From: Candidatus Woesearchaeota archaeon
Lineage (GTDB): Archaea > Nanobdellota > Nanobdellia > Pacearchaeales > GW2011-AR1
Length of the DNA: 64,000 nucleotides
Direction of reading: 5' to 3'
NCBI GenBank assembly: GCA_964559675.1
Contig: CAZLHJ010000002.1
Span: 658 to 64,657, forward strand
Positions 50,934 to 61,113 of the stretch are shown here, in pieces (position 1 is the stretch's first letter; each line of letters opens with the position of its first letter). The notes below the pieces were generated by a model that worked only from the letters and a program-made list of their open reading frames with translations, did not search any database and had not been told where the DNA came from. Position numbers and translations under genes: made by a program.

Positions 50934-51569
50934 TTAATGTTTATGTTTATGGTCTTTTAAAGAAGCTTTGAATGTTTTTTGAGTCTCTATCATTTCTGTT
51001 TTTATGTTATCTACGTTGTCAATCGTTTCCCCTATTTTTTTAAGAATCGAAATTTGCAAGGTATCTATTATTTTTTCAATTCTCTTCAATCTTTCTTCTA
51101 TATTAGAGATGGAAGTTTCTAAATTATTTTTCAAATCTATTGTTTTCTCAAGTTGATTTTTAAGTTTAGATAATTTTTCAGAAACTACTTGTTCTGAAAT
51201 TTCAGTTATAGTGTCTGAGCTATAAGATTGGGCCTGATAAGGTTGATATTGTTGATATTGATATTGTGGTTGTTGAGCGTACATTTGCTCTTGTGAAGTG
51301 TAATCTTGTACTGGTGGAGAGTATTGAGTGGGTGCTTGGATCTGAGTTTCTTCTTCCGTAGGAAACATCGAAGGTTGAAGAGCGTCTTGATTTTCAATCG
51401 GAGGTTGAACTTCAGCACTTGAATCATAAATAGCTTCTTTTATTTGAGCTTGAGATAAAGCAGAAGATATTTCTGAATTGGAGAGGCCCCTTGATTTCAG
51501 AACTGAGGAAATTTCTAAATCTGTTCTTCCTTCATTTTTCATGTTTTTTATATCGTCTATCGTCCCCAT
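50934..51569 (-). CDS. Protein with Q/Y/P-rich low-complexity centre and C-terminal coiled coil
   Basis: QEQMYAQQPQYQYQQYQPYQAQSY, followed by heptad-like LSKLKNQLEKTIDLKNNLETSISNIEERLKRIEKII. Confidence 0.5.
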   Translation of the reverse strand: MGTIDDIKNMKNEGRTDLEISSVLKSRGLSNSEISSALSQAQIKEAIYDSSAEVQPPIENQDALQPSMFPTEEETQIQAPTQYSPPVQDYTSQEQMYAQQPQYQYQQYQPYQAQSYSSDTITEISEQVVSEKLSKLKNQLEKTIDLKNNLETSISNIEERLKRIEKIIDTLQISILKKIGETIDNVDNIKTEMIETQKTFKASLKDHKHKH

Positions 51570-51892
51570 TATTCCCTCATTATGTCTAATTGTCTCTGAA
51601 TTATTTCAAGTTCTGCTCGTTTGGCAGTTTTGGAAAGTTCTTCTATAGATTTTTCCAAAAGTTGTTTCATTCTCTCGTTGTCTTTTTTTAAGATAGAAAT
51701 TGACTTTTTCATCTCTTGAATGTCTGAAAAGTTTTTTTCTCTTTCTTCAACGAGTGTTTGTCCTATTAATAATAATCTATCCTTTAATAGCCTTTGTTTT
51801 TCTTCAAGATCTCTAATTCTAGTATTTACGTCTGTAAGGAACTGGTCTTGGGAAGAAGATGCTGTTTGAACGTCCATTCCTTTTAAAAGCAT
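51569..51892 (-). CDS. Small coiled-coil protein
   Basis: 107 aa with heptad-rich sequence. Its stop abuts the start of the downstream gene. Confidence 0.5.
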   Translation of the reverse strand: MLLKGMDVQTASSSQDQFLTDVNTRIRDLEEKQRLLKDRLLLIGQTLVEEREKNFSDIQEMKKSISILKKDNERMKQLLEKSIEELSKTAKRAELEIIQRQLDIMRE

Positions 51893-51965
51893 AAAGAGTT
51901 TAAAAATTCTTTTAATTATAGAAATGTATTTTAAGAGGTGTTTTTTAATTCTAAAGAGGTGAAAT

Positions 51966-54233
51966 ATGTTTAATCAAACTTCTGAACTATACAAAACTGA
52001 AATTGAAAGAAGACAGGGCGAAAACTTGATGTATATTAATTATATGCAAGCACCATATGTTCCAAGTTTAGTTGAAAATTCAGATGTGATGGCTAGGACG
52101 ATAGACTCTTTAGTAGAAAATCCTAATGCCTCTAGGATAATTTTTGTTCAACAAAGAAATTATAGTTATAATTTTGAACAAACTTATTTATTATTGGAAA
52201 TAGCAGGATTATTTAATTTCTTAATTAAACAAGAGAATATTTTGTCTCAAGAAAAATTAAGTTTGTTTGGAAATATTTCTGAAGTTTATCCTGATTTAGC
52301 GCTTCTTTTAGATTTATTGAAAAAGGATCCTGTAAAATCTTATTCTGAAATAAATCTTAGAGTAAATATGTTAAGGAAAAAATTAGATAAGGGAGAGTTT
52401 TCAAATAGAGGGAATTTATTGAATTATATTAGGTTTTTAGAGAGGTTCAAGGGTTTATTGGAATCAACAAAATTAATGAAGGAAGTTTTGACTAAGTATT
52501 CAGATTATGGAAGTGGAAGAGAAGTTTACAGGGAATTATTTAGACCAGATATTTTACCTAATTTCACTTTTACAAGATTAGTTGCACAATTGCCGAGGAA
52601 TTCAGATTTAATTGACCAGTATAGTGTAAGGAGTAATGATGAAGATATAGAAGTTACAATTCTTAAATTGAGAGATAAAGGAGTTTTCTTTTATCACGTT
52701 ATGGCTCCAGAGTATAGTTTGAGTGAGGATCACCATATGTTATTAAATTTGGCAAGAAATGTCTTAACAGAGCATAGGCCAAAAGCAGAGGAGTTTACAG
52801 ATCCCGAAAGAATAAGGCAAGTTTTCTTTAATATTTCAAAAGGATTGTTGGGAGATTTATCTAAGAGTAAAGGAGTAGATTTGAGCTATAGGGAGTTAGA
52901 GAAACTTGCAAGAATTTTGGTTCGACATACTATCGGTTTTGGCTTGATAGAAATTTTATTAGCAGATGAAAAATTACAAGATATTGTGTTAAATGCTCCA
53001 ATTGCACAAAATCCTGTTTTTGTTAGACATGCAGAATTTGAGGAGTGCGCAACGAATATAATCCCAAGTTATGAGGATGCAGATTCGTGGGCTGCAAAAT
53101 TGAGATTACAAAGCGGAAGAGCATTAGATGAAGCAAATCCAGTTTTAGACACTGATCTTAATTTTGGAATCGTAAGAGCAAGAGTAGCAGCAATAAAAGA
53201 GCCATTAAGTCCACAAGGATTAGCATATGCATTTAGAAGGCATAGGGATAATCCGTGGACATTGCCTTTGTTTATTGATAGGGGAATGATTAATAGTTTC
53301 GGGGCAGGATTATTGAGCTTTTTAATAGACGGGAGTAGAACCTTATTGGTTGCAGGTACGAGGAGCGCTGGAAAGACTTCTCTTTTAGGAAGTTTAATGC
53401 TTGAGATTATGCCAAAATATAGGGTAATTGTGGTTGAAGATACACAAGAATTGCCAATAGAAGCTTTACGAAAAATAGGGTATAATATCTTGGGGATGAA
53501 AGTTAGAAGTGCTTTGGTAAGCGGAAGTACTGAAATAGAAGCATCTGAAGGAATTAGAACTAGTTTAAGGTTGGGAGATAGTGCGTTAATAGTTGGAGAG
53601 GTTAGGAGTAGCGAAGCTAAGGCATTATACGAGGCTATGAGGGTTGGAGCTCTTGCTAATGTAGTTGCAGGAACAATTCATGGTGATTCTCCATACGGGG
53701 TTTTTGATAGAGTTGTTAATGATTTGGGGGTAGAGAGGACTAGTTTCAAAGCAACAGATATTATCGTTGTTACAAATCCTGTTAAGAGTGCAGACGGATT
53801 ACATTCAAAAAGAAGAGTTGTTCAAATTACAGAAATTAGAAAACACTGGGAGGGAGATCCTTTGGCTGAAGGAGGATTTGTGGATTTAATGAAATATAAT
53901 GTTGAAAAAGATGAATTGGAACCGACTCAAGAGTTAATAAATGGAGATTCAGAGATAATCAAAAGTATTGCTTCGAATGTTAAGGAGTGGGCTGGAAATT
54001 GGGACGCTGTTTTTGATAATATTATTTTGAGAGGTAAGATGAAACAAGAAATTGTAGACATAGCAAGAAAAATGAATAAACCTATATTGATGGAAGCAGA
54101 ATTTAATTCGCTATGTAATGCTGCATTTCATAGAATAAGCGAGGAATTAAAGGAAAAAGAATCAAAAATGGATTCGGAGTTAGTTTTTAAGAATTGGAAA
54201 AATTGGATTAGTAAAAAAGCAGAAGAATTTTAA
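51966..54233 (+). CDS. Type II/IV secretion-family ATPase (FlaI/PilB/VirB11-like) with long N-terminal extension
   Basis: Walker A GTRSAGKTS, Walker B-like VIVVEDTQE, and GEVRSSEA. 755 aa, with Walker A only at about residue 465. Confidence 0.85.
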   Translation: MFNQTSELYKTEIERRQGENLMYINYMQAPYVPSLVENSDVMARTIDSLVENPNASRIIFVQQRNYSYNFEQTYLLLEIAGLFNFLIKQENILSQEKLSLFGNISEVYPDLALLLDLLKKDPVKSYSEINLRVNMLRKKLDKGEFSNRGNLLNYIRFLERFKGLLESTKLMKEVLTKYSDYGSGREVYRELFRPDILPNFTFTRLVAQLPRNSDLIDQYSVRSNDEDIEVTILKLRDKGVFFYHVMAPEYSLSEDHHMLLNLARNVLTEHRPKAEEFTDPERIRQVFFNISKGLLGDLSKSKGVDLSYRELEKLARILVRHTIGFGLIEILLADEKLQDIVLNAPIAQNPVFVRHAEFEECATNIIPSYEDADSWAAKLRLQSGRALDEANPVLDTDLNFGIVRARVAAIKEPLSPQGLAYAFRRHRDNPWTLPLFIDRGMINSFGAGLLSFLIDGSRTLLVAGTRSAGKTSLLGSLMLEIMPKYRVIVVEDTQELPIEALRKIGYNILGMKVRSALVSGSTEIEASEGIRTSLRLGDSALIVGEVRSSEAKALYEAMRVGALANVVAGTIHGDSPYGVFDRVVNDLGVERTSFKATDIIVVTNPVKSADGLHSKRRVVQITEIRKHWEGDPLAEGGFVDLMKYNVEKDELEPTQELINGDSEIIKSIASNVKEWAGNWDAVFDNIILRGKMKQEIVDIARKMNKPILMEAEFNSLCNAAFHRISEELKEKESKMDSELVFKNWKNWISKKAEEF

Positions 54234-56377
54234 GATCCTAGGCCAGATAATGCGACGCTCGCTAACACTGTTAAAGCTACGATAGAAATAAGCGAGGTGA
54301 TTAGGTAAAGAGAAATTCCCCTTAGTAAGTTTTTGGATAATTCATTTTTCTCCTTTAATTTATCCGATCCTGAATCTACTGTAACTAGGGCTTTTGTTAA
54401 GATAAAAATGATCTGAATTATATATAATCCAATTGAAATTTGTATAAAGTAGGGAGGCAGCATTTGATTAACATCAAAAATTGAGACTATATTTCCTAAA
54501 TTAGAAAATCCTCCTGCAGATGCTTGATTCGAGGTGGTCTCTACTTGGAGAGATTGTAATTTATTCAGTATTAATGTTATCATAGATGATAGACCTACGA
54601 CAATTCCAGCTAATAAGGGTGCAAGGAAAACCATATTTGATTTCATATCAGATACGATTTCAGCTAGAAGATCTTTTAATCTAGAGTTAATTTTATCTAT
54701 ATTTTTTACATATTCTGAAATAGACATTAATGACCTTGCAGCAACTTGAAGCCCTTTCTTTGCAGATTCTAATAATATTCTCATGGATGTCGCTATTAAT
54801 TGTGAGGGGAAATAAATTAGAGCTCCTCTCTTTTTATCAAATATAGATAATTCTAATGACATCCCTAACTGAGAAATATTTTGATTAACTATTGAGAAGA
54901 ATTCATGTGTTCTTTGCCCTTGTGTAGATGCAGCAACTCTTCCAAACGCAATCTCTGCAGGAATTCCATCACCTAATCTGTTTCCTAATTGGAATAAAGT
55001 ATTTGTGAATTCTTTCTCTAGCATTTTTGTTTCTTCTCGTGATTTAATCAAGGAGGAAGTTTTAGACTTGTAGACTAGGGAGAAAAGAAGTGCAAATGAA
55101 AGTGGCACAAATAGACTCAATAGAACGGCTATCGGTCCGAATGGACCTTTTATTTCTCCACCTATGTTTTTGAAATCAAAAGCTTCTATGCCTCCTAATA
55201 TAGAAAGTGTAAAATCTTTTGGAACTCCCCAGTCAGAAATGAAAGGGATTTGTAAAATTAAAGGGAGTAAACCTATGATTAAAAGAGGTATTGCAATAAA
55301 TGAAGCAGTAATCCAAGGTTTTCTCGATGAGAATTTATAATATTCTGGATTTAATTCTAAGATTGATGATTCTCCATAACCTCCTGGTCTTTTCAATAAA
55401 GCTTCAGAGACCATATAGAAGACGAAGAAGGGAATTATAATATTGAACAATACAATTATTGTTGGCCAGTTAATTAAGTTACCTAAGAGGGTTGATGCAA
55501 GAGGCAGGAGGGCTAAACCCAATGTTGGGAGGATTATTCCTAACATATAAACATTAGTTAATGGTGTTCTTATTTGTCTAGAGTAGAAAAGCATTTTTTC
55601 ATAAACTCCATCTAAAATTATCTGGAGAGATTTTTCTAGAATTTGTACTCTTCTAGATTCAGATGGTTCGAATAAAGATGATTCTACTAAATGAAAAGCT
55701 TCAACGAATTCTGGAGCGTATTCTCTCCAACCTTCTAAATAATTATCTAAAGATTGTTTTATTGTAGAGTACTTTCCGATTTGAACATCATAGAATATTT
55801 TCATAAAATCTTGCGCTAATGGTCCTTCTAAGTGATCTGCTGTGAATGCTATTGCTCTTTCTAAATTAGATGTATGTTTCATATAAATTACAATGTATAA
55901 AATCGCAGGGACCATTTCAGAAGATGCTTTTAATCTCCATAAATTAGCTAATCTTTCAGGTAAACTATATGTGTAGTAGAAGACGAACATTGAAGCAATA
56001 ATTCCTAAAAATGCAAATAATAGTGGGAATTCTGAAGTTATTAATAAAATAGATACGCTTACAAGTAAGGTGAGTAAGAATAGTCCGATGAAAGAAACAA
56101 TGGAGAGTGAAAGGGCTTGTGATGGGGTTACATTTATTTTTGAAACATCTAAGTGTTTTTGAATTCTCACCCTGTCTTTTTCAGAAACTTTCACTTTTAA
56201 GATGTTTCCAAGAGATTGACACCATCTTTCATATCTAGAAAGTTCATTTATCATATCTTTTTTAAAATGGGAATAGTCTTGTGAACTTGTTGGTGTTTCC
56301 TCAGAATTTGTTATTTCTGATTCTAACTTTTTTGAATATTTTTCAAGTATCTCTTTCGTAGATAGATTATTTCCCAT
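54230..56377 (-). CDS. Polytopic pilus/archaellum assembly platform protein (FlaJ/TadC/PilC-like)
   Basis: 715 aa. Two soluble helical segments are each followed by clusters of TM helices. It is convergent with the ATPase and overlaps it by 4 nt. The assignment rests on architecture and context. Confidence 0.55.
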   Translation of the reverse strand: MGNNLSTKEILEKYSKKLESEITNSEETPTSSQDYSHFKKDMINELSRYERWCQSLGNILKVKVSEKDRVRIQKHLDVSKINVTPSQALSLSIVSFIGLFLLTLLVSVSILLITSEFPLLFAFLGIIASMFVFYYTYSLPERLANLWRLKASSEMVPAILYIVIYMKHTSNLERAIAFTADHLEGPLAQDFMKIFYDVQIGKYSTIKQSLDNYLEGWREYAPEFVEAFHLVESSLFEPSESRRVQILEKSLQIILDGVYEKMLFYSRQIRTPLTNVYMLGIILPTLGLALLPLASTLLGNLINWPTIIVLFNIIIPFFVFYMVSEALLKRPGGYGESSILELNPEYYKFSSRKPWITASFIAIPLLIIGLLPLILQIPFISDWGVPKDFTLSILGGIEAFDFKNIGGEIKGPFGPIAVLLSLFVPLSFALLFSLVYKSKTSSLIKSREETKMLEKEFTNTLFQLGNRLGDGIPAEIAFGRVAASTQGQRTHEFFSIVNQNISQLGMSLELSIFDKKRGALIYFPSQLIATSMRILLESAKKGLQVAARSLMSISEYVKNIDKINSRLKDLLAEIVSDMKSNMVFLAPLLAGIVVGLSSMITLILNKLQSLQVETTSNQASAGGFSNLGNIVSIFDVNQMLPPYFIQISIGLYIIQIIFILTKALVTVDSGSDKLKEKNELSKNLLRGISLYLITSLISIVALTVLASVALSGLGS

Positions 56378-56468
56378 TGTAACCTCTTTTTTTCAGTAAA
56401 TTTAAGGTATTTAGTATTATAAATTATACGTTGAGAAGATTTTTATAGTTAAGGAGAGTTTTTTAAGG

Positions 56469-56627
56469 ATGAAGAAAAGGGGATTTGCGCTCGTTTGGGA
56501 TAATATGATTCCATGGGTTATTGCTTTAATTGTTTTGGCACTAGTTTTAACATTATATTTTGTTTTGGGAGAAAAGGGAGAGGGAGCACTTAGTTACTTT
56601 AAAGATATGTTGAGGTTTGGGAGATGA
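56469..56627 (+). CDS. Pilin-like protein 1 (52 aa; not in the track)
   Basis: MKKRGFALVWDNMIPWVIALIVLALVLTLYF. ATGA overlap with the next gene. Confidence 0.5.
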   Translation: MKKRGFALVWDNMIPWVIALIVLALVLTLYFVLGEKGEGALSYFKDMLRFGR

Positions 56628-57955
56628 ACAGAAAAGGAGATACTAGTTTTGAGCCAATCGTTATTTTAACAATTGCTATTTTTGTTTTGGTTATTGTAGG
56701 ACTGGGATTTTATACAATTTATAGTGGGAAAATTCAATTTGCAAATTATCTTCCTGATTTTCTTAGAGACAATTCAACTGTTGAAGAGAAATTAATTTTA
56801 AGGTATGGGATTTTAAAAGATACTTTAGAGTATAGTGATGGAAGTGGAAGTTGGAGGGCTTTTTCTGAGGAAGAGGTAGAATATGATGGAAAGGAATTAG
56901 GAGATGTTAAACAAGTTTTCAAAGATTATTGGTATTCTGACAGAGAACAAGTGTTAAGTTTCAAAGGTTATTTTTTAAATATTGAATTGATAAATTCAAT
57001 CGAAGCGAATGAGAGAAATTACCCTATAAGTAGTGTCGTCATAGATTCGAGGGATTTAGGATTAGATAATTTGAATCCGCCGATTTATGTTATAAGTATT
57101 AATGATTTGATTTTTTATAAAGAAAATATTCTTTGGTCTGATGGGCAGAAAACAGGTGAAAGATTTGTTGAGGTAAAATCAATTCATTCAAGTAAAGATT
57201 ATTCATTTTCTTATGCTAATGAATTGTCTCAGTTAGCTATCGAATGGAGGGATTCTGTTCTTGGAGAACCTATTGAAATAGCAGATAAGAATTTGTGCGC
57301 AGATAAAGTAATGAATAACAATGAAGTTTATCTTGTTGTTGATTTAAGTAAGGAATCGGATGGAAAGTGTAATTATGAGATTGTTGTAAAAGATAGGTTT
57401 AGGGCTAAATGGACTTTAGATTCTGCTATCAAAGAGTTAGAAAAAAGAAGTGGAAAATATTCAGCAAATAAGAAATTTATTGACCAGTTGTATCAAGATA
57501 GATTAATGAATGAGGAAGAATATGAGGATATAACTGGTTTGGGTGTTTTCAATAAAGAGGAAGATATGGGTTATGTTTTGGATTTGTTAAATTTGAAAAA
57601 GAAATTGAATACTCCTAAAGAACTCCCATCAGGCATATTTTTAGTTGAGAAAAGTGGAGGAGAAGGGTTATATGAATTATATTTCTATAATTATGTTGAT
57701 GGAGGCGAACCTACTATGTTCAAAGATGTTTATATGACTAGGAGGGATAATGAATATTCCTTATTAGTTAGGGAGTTAAAGGATGGAGAATTTACTTTAT
57801 TAAAGAATGGTTTAACCGAGGATAAGGAAATTTCAATTTTCGGAGAATTGGAGTCATGGAAGGGCAAAATTAGTGAAGAATCTTATAACTTACTTGAGCA
57901 GATTATTTCAAGTAAGATTATAATTTCAAAATTAAAGAGCACGGGTGTAAAATGA
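56624..57955 (+). CDS. Pilin-like protein 2 (443 aa)
   Basis: MNRKGDTSFEPIVILTIAIFVLVIVGLGFY, followed by a large extracellular-type domain. Confidence 0.6.
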   Translation: MNRKGDTSFEPIVILTIAIFVLVIVGLGFYTIYSGKIQFANYLPDFLRDNSTVEEKLILRYGILKDTLEYSDGSGSWRAFSEEEVEYDGKELGDVKQVFKDYWYSDREQVLSFKGYFLNIELINSIEANERNYPISSVVIDSRDLGLDNLNPPIYVISINDLIFYKENILWSDGQKTGERFVEVKSIHSSKDYSFSYANELSQLAIEWRDSVLGEPIEIADKNLCADKVMNNNEVYLVVDLSKESDGKCNYEIVVKDRFRAKWTLDSAIKELEKRSGKYSANKKFIDQLYQDRLMNEEEYEDITGLGVFNKEEDMGYVLDLLNLKKKLNTPKELPSGIFLVEKSGGEGLYELYFYNYVDGGEPTMFKDVYMTRRDNEYSLLVRELKDGEFTLLKNGLTEDKEISIFGELESWKGKISEESYNLLEQIISSKIIISKLKSTGVK

Positions 57956-58071
57956 ATTCAAAAGGACAGAGTTTAGTTGGGGAAAATTTAATCAAAATTG
58001 TGACTTGGTTAATATTTTTCATTATTGGGGCAATAGCAGTTTATTTTATCATTCAAAAAATAACTGGATGA
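57952..58071 (+). CDS. Pilin-like mini-protein 3 (39 aa; not in the track)
   Basis: MNSKGQSLVGENLIKIVTWLIFFIIGAIAVYFII. ATGA overlap with the upstream gene. Confidence 0.45.
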   Translation: MNSKGQSLVGENLIKIVTWLIFFIIGAIAVYFIIQKITG

Positions 58072-58105
58072 TAAGGGTTATAAAGAATAGGTTTTTCTGA
58101 ATAAT

Positions 58106-59137
58106 ATGTATAGAAAAAGGGGATTCGATAAGAGGGGAGAGTTAACATCTACTCAAATTATTGGATTGATATTAGCGATTGCAGGATTTGTAATTGTTTT
58201 AATTTTATTATTTAGTTTAGAGTTTGAAGGACAAGCAACAGATGAGGCTTGCAGATTAAGCGTTTTAAGTAGGGCTACTGCCCCAGAAAGTGTTAATGAG
58301 TATATCCCTTTGAAATGTCAAACGAAAAAGATTTGTTTTACAACTGGAGGAGATTGTGAAGATTTTGCAGGAGAGAAGGGAGTTAAGAAATATGATTTAT
58401 CTGGGAAATTGGAAAGAGATAAGGAATTGATTGAAAGAGTTAGCGCAGAAGAGATGTTTAATTGTTGGAGTATGATGGGAGAGGGCAAATTGAATTTATT
58501 TAGCGGAGGTGTTGCAAAACAATTTGGAGTTGAAGCTAGTCAACTTAGTTGTGTTATATGTTCAAGGTTTGCGTATAGTTTTGATGAGGGTGAAGGAGAA
58601 TATAGAAAGAGTCTTTTAGAAGATTCTGAAAATGGAGTTAATGTTGCAGAATATTTGAAATTAAATAAAGTTCCAAATAGGGATGAGACTTATTTGAATT
58701 ACTTTACAGATGATCAAGTTAAGGGATATCCGAAAGTTGAAGATGGAAAAGAATTAGATAAACTTTCTTTAAATGATAAAATGTTTGGAGACTCAAATCA
58801 GATGGCAACAGTATTTACGCAGATTAAACCAAAAACATATGAAAATGTTATCGGGAATTTGGTTTTTGCAGGTATTGCAGTTGCAGGAACAACTTTAGCT
58901 TCTCCGGCTAGGGCACTTGTTAATCCATTAACTGTAGGTATAGTTGGTGTTGGAGCAGCAGGTCTTGGGGTTTATTCGATGAGTAATGTATATGCTGGAA
59001 GAACAGTTGCTGCAACCTATTGTGGTAATATTTCTGGAGGAAATGATCGAGGGGATGGATGTTCCGGAATTCAAATTGTACCGTATGATTATAAAACTAT
59101 AAATCAAATATGTGGAGTTATAGAGGGAAATCCTTAA
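58106..59137 (+). CDS. Pilin-like protein 4 (343 aa, 10 Cys, extra C-terminal hydrophobic region)
   Basis: MYRKRGFDKRGELTSTQIIGLILAIAGFVIVLILLF. Later comes VFAGIAVAGTTLASPARALVNPLTVGIVGVGAAGLGVY. Confidence 0.6.
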   Translation: MYRKRGFDKRGELTSTQIIGLILAIAGFVIVLILLFSLEFEGQATDEACRLSVLSRATAPESVNEYIPLKCQTKKICFTTGGDCEDFAGEKGVKKYDLSGKLERDKELIERVSAEEMFNCWSMMGEGKLNLFSGGVAKQFGVEASQLSCVICSRFAYSFDEGEGEYRKSLLEDSENGVNVAEYLKLNKVPNRDETYLNYFTDDQVKGYPKVEDGKELDKLSLNDKMFGDSNQMATVFTQIKPKTYENVIGNLVFAGIAVAGTTLASPARALVNPLTVGIVGVGAAGLGVYSMSNVYAGRTVAATYCGNISGGNDRGDGCSGIQIVPYDYKTINQICGVIEGNP

Positions 59138-59138
59138 A

Positions 59139-59708
59139 ATGATTCAGAAAAGAGCAGAGTTAACATTGAATAATGCATTGTCATTAATTATTGCAGTTGG
59201 TGGAATAGCATTATTGATTTATGCAGGGGTTTTGTTATCTAGTTTATATTTGACGGACGAAAATAAGAATGCGCAAGCTACTCTTGATTATTTAGAAGGG
59301 AAGATAAAAGCTCTTGAAGATGGGCAGAAAGGAGAATTTTTGATTCAAGGATTCAAGACTGAAGGTAAGTGGTATTTAGTGGGATTTAGCAAGGATGAAA
59401 ATAGACCTGATAAATGTTTTTTGAATAGTTGTTTATGTATTTGTAAGGGTTCTGGTGATAAGGAAAGTTGTCAAATAAATGGATTTTGTAGGGAGGTGGA
59501 TAAGGAGAATGTGCTTGCCTCTAGTATTATTTCAGAATTGGTTTATGGAGATTATTCAGCAGGAACTGGAGCAGCCCCAGGTAAAAAATTAGAGAATAGA
59601 CCTGTAAATTATATTGAGATTTCAAATGTTTTGACTTATGTTGGAATTGAGAAGAAAGAAAATTCATTATTGATTGAAGCTCTTGAAAAAAAAGAGTACA
59701 ACAATTAA
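59139..59708 (+). CDS. Pilin-like protein 5 (Cys cluster)
   Basis: MIQKRAELTLNNALSLIIAVGGIALLIYAGVLL, with the cluster KCFLNSCLCICKGSGDKESCQINGFC. Confidence 0.6.
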   Translation: MIQKRAELTLNNALSLIIAVGGIALLIYAGVLLSSLYLTDENKNAQATLDYLEGKIKALEDGQKGEFLIQGFKTEGKWYLVGFSKDENRPDKCFLNSCLCICKGSGDKESCQINGFCREVDKENVLASSIISELVYGDYSAGTGAAPGKKLENRPVNYIEISNVLTYVGIEKKENSLLIEALEKKEYNN

Positions 59709-59709
59709 G

Positions 59710-60153
59710 ATGAAGCTAAATAAAAAAGGAGATATGGAAATACTGAGTAATCAGATTATATTCTTAATAATCGCAGTGCTTGTTTTTGCAGGACTTTTTT
59801 GGTATGTTTCAGGTTTGAGAAATGCAGCATGGATTTGGGAAGAGTATTATTCAAAAGAAATAGTTAATGTAATTAATCTTGGTGAACGTGGAGATAAATT
59901 GGAAATTGATGTAACTAAGGCAACTTCGATTGCTAAGAAAAATGAGGTAAGGAGTTTTTCAGAGGTATTTACATTTGATAATTCTCAAAATGATTTTTGT
60001 GTAAAATTAAGTCAGGGAGGAAAGAGTTGTTATAAATGGTTTAATGATTTAGATGTAGTTGAATTAGATATAAAATTTGGTGTTGGAAATGAAGGTGGAA
60101 ATATTTTGATTTTTAAATTAGTTGAAGCTGATAGGGAGGTAAAAGATGAATAA
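59710..60153 (+). CDS. Pilin-like protein 6
   Basis: MKLNKKGDMEILSNQIIFLIIAVLVFAGLFWY, from the internal Met of track ORF 59674..60153. Confidence 0.6.
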   Translation: MKLNKKGDMEILSNQIIFLIIAVLVFAGLFWYVSGLRNAAWIWEEYYSKEIVNVINLGERGDKLEIDVTKATSIAKKNEVRSFSEVFTFDNSQNDFCVKLSQGGKSCYKWFNDLDVVELDIKFGVGNEGGNILIFKLVEADREVKDE

Positions 60154-60610
60154 AAAAGGAGAGTTAGGTAATCAAATTAGCGGAGTTTTATTTTTCGCAT
60201 TAATCGCAATGATTGCTGTAGGATTAGTTGCAGGGGTTTGGATTTATTTTGGGGGTGGTTATGATTCTAGATTATTGGAAGCAAGTGTCTTGAATTTTAA
60301 AGTGAGTGAGTGTTTTAAGGATAATCTGAATGAGTTCGATTTTAGCAAATCTAATGAGGAGAAGTTGAAAGAATTTAGTGAAATATGTTTTTTGGATGAG
60401 GATGTTTTGAAAGAGTATTATATAATCGAGATTAGTGAATCTGAAAAAGTATTAATTAGATTTAAAGATTCTGAAGCGTGTAGATTTGAAGGAGCAAAAG
60501 GAAATGAAAATTTTGCTAAATGTTTTAAAAAAATTGAGATTATAGATGGAAAGGAATATTTGTTTATTACAGGAAGTAATCAATTTTCTAGAAAGAGGTT
60601 ATCTGAATGA
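60146..60610 (+). CDS. Pilin-like protein 7
   Basis: MNKKGELGNQISGVLFFALIAMIAVGLVAGV. Confidence 0.6.
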   Translation: MNKKGELGNQISGVLFFALIAMIAVGLVAGVWIYFGGGYDSRLLEASVLNFKVSECFKDNLNEFDFSKSNEEKLKEFSEICFLDEDVLKEYYIIEISESEKVLIRFKDSEACRFEGAKGNENFAKCFKKIEIIDGKEYLFITGSNQFSRKRLSE

Positions 60611-61113
60611 TGAAGAGAAAAGGGCAAATTGGAAGAATTTTAACAACCTTCCCAGTTATGATCTTAATAGTAATGGTTTTAGCAATTTATATTCTTTTAA
60701 GTGTAGGTTTGAAAGTTACTAATGGTCCAGGAGAGTTTTCAGAGAAGACCTTTAATATAGAAGAAAATATTCTTTTTGAAAATATAATCTTGAGATCTTC
60801 TGAAACAGGATATAAAGAAACAGACATTTCATTATTGGACGCACTTGTTTTATTAAATAACGGCGAGATCAGAGAATCTCAGATAAGGGATGGTTTAAGG
60901 GAATTAGTTAATAAAGAAAAAAGATGTGTTTATTTATTTTATAAGGGTAGTTCATTCGGGTGGTATCTTAATCAAGATAATGTGGTAGATATAAATGATA
61001 TTGTAAAAAAAGATATAAATCGTAAGGTAGAAACTCAAATATATTTACATAATGGCAACGAATTTATTGTGCAGAGTTATTATGGTAGTTGCTTGGAGGC
61101 GGAAGATGAATAG
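60607..61113 (+). CDS. Pilin-like protein 8
   Basis: MMKRKGQIGRILTTFPVMILIVMVLAIYILL. Confidence 0.6.
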   Translation: MMKRKGQIGRILTTFPVMILIVMVLAIYILLSVGLKVTNGPGEFSEKTFNIEENILFENIILRSSETGYKETDISLLDALVLLNNGEIRESQIRDGLRELVNKEKRCVYLFYKGSSFGWYLNQDNVVDINDIVKKDINRKVETQIYLHNGNEFIVQSYYGSCLEAEDE

